Origin: Mobula hypostoma
Lineage: Eukaryota
Length of the DNA stretch: 64,000 bases
Assembly: GCF_963921235.1 (NCBI RefSeq)
Contig: NC_086097.1
Location: 49,726,001 to 49,790,000, forward strand
Reading direction: 5' to 3'
In this document: in pieces, positions 62,401 through 64,000 of the stretch
Layout of the letters: every line of letters starts with the position of its first letter
Numbering within the stretch: position 1 is the first letter of the stretch
Notes under the pieces: model-generated
The model's database searches: none
Told to the model about the DNA's origin: nothing
The model's input: only the letters and a program-made list of their open reading frames with translations
Translations under genes and position numbers: made by a program

Positions 62401-64000
62401 ATCCCCAATGATTATCTGACATGCCTTTTCTATCTCCTGCTGTAATTTGTAATCCACATCCCAGCTGCTGTTTGGAGGCCTGTATACAAATGCCATTAGG
62501 GTCCTTTTACCCTTGGCATTTCTGAACTCAACCCATAGGTACTCCACACCTTCCGATCCTATGTCATCCCTCTCTAATGATTTCATATTATTTCCGATAC
62601 ACAGGGCCACACCACCCCCTCTGCCTACTAACCTATCTTTCTGATACACCATATATCCTTGGACATTCAACTCCCAAAGGCAACCACCCTTTAGTCAAGT
62701 TCAGAGATGGCCACATCGTCATACTTTCCAATCTGTAGTGGAATTTCAAGATTGTCCATTTTATTCCATACGCTGCGTGCATTCAAATACAACACTCTCA
62801 GTTCTGTATTTGTTGCTTTCTGTTTTAACTACACCATGCCTCTATTGCCCTGTAACTCATCCCACTGGCTGTGATTATGCCTCACCTCCGGCCTGTCCTT
62901 TCTATCATCTCTGTTGTACACTATCTTTGATTTATTTCTGTTTTCCTCTTCCTCAGCCCTATCACTTTGGTTCCCAGCCCCCTTCCAAATTAGTTTAAAC
63001 CTTCCCTAATAGCTCTATTAAACCTGCCTGCTAGGGTACTGGACCCCTTTGGGTTCAGGTGTAACCCATTCTTTTCGTACAGGTTGTACCTCCCCCAGAA
63101 GATGCCCCAATGATCCAGGAACCGGAAGCCCTGCCCCCTACTCCAGTCTCAGCCAACCATTAATATGCCTGATCATGCTATTCTTCTGCTCGTTAGCACG
63201 TGGCACAGGCAGCAATCCTGAGATTACTACCCTGGAGGTCCTGCTTTTCAGTTACCAAGTCGCAGTTCTCTTGCAGACTGCGTCAGGTTTTCCTCCAGGA
63301 TTTCCCTGTATTTTGCTGTATTCATTTTACCCTCTACCTTCACAAGCCTGCTGCAGTGAATCATCCCCACAGTATGATGCAGCCACCACCTATGCTTCAC
63401 AGTAGGGATGATGTGTTATTGATGACGTGCGGTGTTTGATTTACACCAAACATAGCATATAATCTGAAAACCAAAAAGCTTAATTTTGGTTTTATCAGGC
63501 TGACCTCAGAGTCTCCCACATGCCTTCAGGCAAACTCTAGCCGAGACTTCATGTGAGTATTTTTTCAACAATGGCTTTCTCTTTGCCATTCTCCCATAAA
63601 GCTGCGACTGGTGAAGCACCCAGGCAACAGGTGTTGTAAGTGCAGTCTCTCCCATTTCAGCCACTGAAACTTGTAACTCCTCCAGAGTTGTCATAGATCT
63701 CTTGGTGGCCTTGCTCTCTAATCCCTTTCTTGCATGGTTACACAGTTTTTGAGGACAGCCTTTCAAGGCCGATTTACAGCTGTGCAATATTCTTTCCATT
63801 TTTTGATGATTGACATAACTGCACTCCAAGGGATATTCAGTGACTGGAATTTTCTTGTATCCATCTCCTGACACATGCTTTCAATAACCTTTTCACAGAG
63901 TTGCTTGGAGTGTTCTTTAGTCTCGATGGCAAGTTTTTGCCAGGATACTGACTCACCAGCAGTTGGACCTTCCAGATACAGGTGCATTTTTACTTTAGTC
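59419..64000 (-). mobile_element. Tc1 DNA transposon (59419-59940 and 63255-64000, runs off the window), split by a CR1
   Basis: TA then TIR caatgcctataaaaagtatacacccccttgg, with an inner repeat at ~59610-59635. FQQDNDPKH..WPSNSPDHNPIKNLW..IAAKGACTKY*; N-terminal SGDGYKKI and RKPLLKK. Confidence 0.9.
59941..63254 (-). mobile_element. CR1 LINE (end of ORF1, EN, RT, tail) inserted in the Tc1 transposase
   Basis: VYRPPN, IIGDFN, LGNSDHN, QHGFLKGKSCLTNL, LVRPHLEYCVQFW; tail ccataagaccataaga. Confidence 0.92.

Overview
Vertebrate, repeat-saturated intergenic or intronic DNA, not prokaryotic. The repeat repertoire suggests a cartilaginous fish such as a ray or shark (inference). I can support no intact host gene. 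Most of the window is nested, decayed mobile elements: many CR1 LINEs (one near full length, one with an almost intact ORF2), Rex1/Babar-type LINEs and RTE remnants; a two-LTR Ty3/Gypsy element (PBS, PPT, TSD) carrying a tandem-repeat solo LTR; a Tx1-like LINE; a Hero/R2-type restriction-like-endonuclease LINE; two tRNA-derived SINEs; a hAT deletion derivative; a split Tc1 transposon; and several Penelope-like elements. The strongest hidden signal is RNA-level. The Penelope terminal repeats carry minimal hammerhead ribozyme motifs. These include a TSD-bounded 942-bp fold-back element (57456-58397) with a near-intact hammerhead on each strand, and a ~280-bp element (35177-35455) made almost only of hammerhead and terminal-repeat pieces. 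All calls are by eye; boundaries without a TSD are approximate.
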